The notes beneath the pieces are model-generated. The model saw only the letters and a program-made list of their open reading frames with translations. It was not told the origin of the DNA and ran no database searches. 64,000 nucleotides of DNA from Malacoraja senta (lineage: Eukaryota), in the NCBI GenBank assembly GCA_038087875.1, contig CM075996.1, positions 9,426,001-9,490,000 of the forward strand, given 5' to 3'. The stretch's first letter is position 1, and the number at the start of each line of letters is the position of its first letter. This document shows, one piece after another, positions 63,717 to 64,000 of the stretch. The position numbers and the translations under genes were made by a program.

Positions 63717-64000
63717 TAATTAACACTATCCTACACACTAGGGACAATTTTACACATACACCAAGCCAATGAACCTACAAACCTGTGCATCTTTGGAGTG
63801 TGGGAGGAAAACTACGATCTTGGAGAAAACCCACGCAGGTCACGGGGAGAACGTACAAACTCCCTACAGACAGCACCCGTAGCCAGGATTGAACCCAGGT
63901 CTCCGGCGCTGCAAGCGCTGTAAGGCAGCAACTCTGTCGCTGCGCCACTCGGTTACATCCGAGTCAGATATTGGCCATCCCCAATCCGCCATTGATGGAA

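Noticed and set aside
55359..64000. Expected upstream SGSM3 exon (...LRSLVLAGIPHGMRPQ)
   Set aside because: No matching coding sequence found by eye; presumably beyond the window end.

Overview
Vertebrate genomic DNA, most likely a cartilaginous fish such as a skate or ray (inferred from the HE1-type V-SINEs and the CR1, Rex1 and Penelope repeat content). The window covers the middle of SGSM3 (RUTBC3; TBC/Rab-GAP, SH3 and RUN domain protein) on the minus strand. Nine coding exons were read directly, with canonical GT-AG sites and consistent phases, from 55358 down to 1. The 5' exons were not found in the window and the gene continues past position 1. The introns are mostly transposable elements: CR1 and Rex1/Babar LINE fragments, tRNA-derived V-SINEs, Penelope-like (GIY-YIG) fragments, a near full-length but defective Passport-type Tc1 element, two hAT non-autonomous elements, three PIF/Harbinger-type MITEs and two non-autonomous Helitrons. 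The most notable signal is a very abundant Penelope pseudo-LTR repeat carrying a minimal hammerhead-ribozyme core (CTGAAGA-A-GGGTCTCGACCC-GAAACGTC). It also inserts on its own as short fold-back elements with 13-18 bp target duplications. Other oddities are nested or inverted insertions, templated local duplications and one orphan segment of about 0.5 kb. A 200-N gap has duplicated flanks, probably an assembly artefact. Repeat boundaries are approximate unless a TSD or TIR is quoted.
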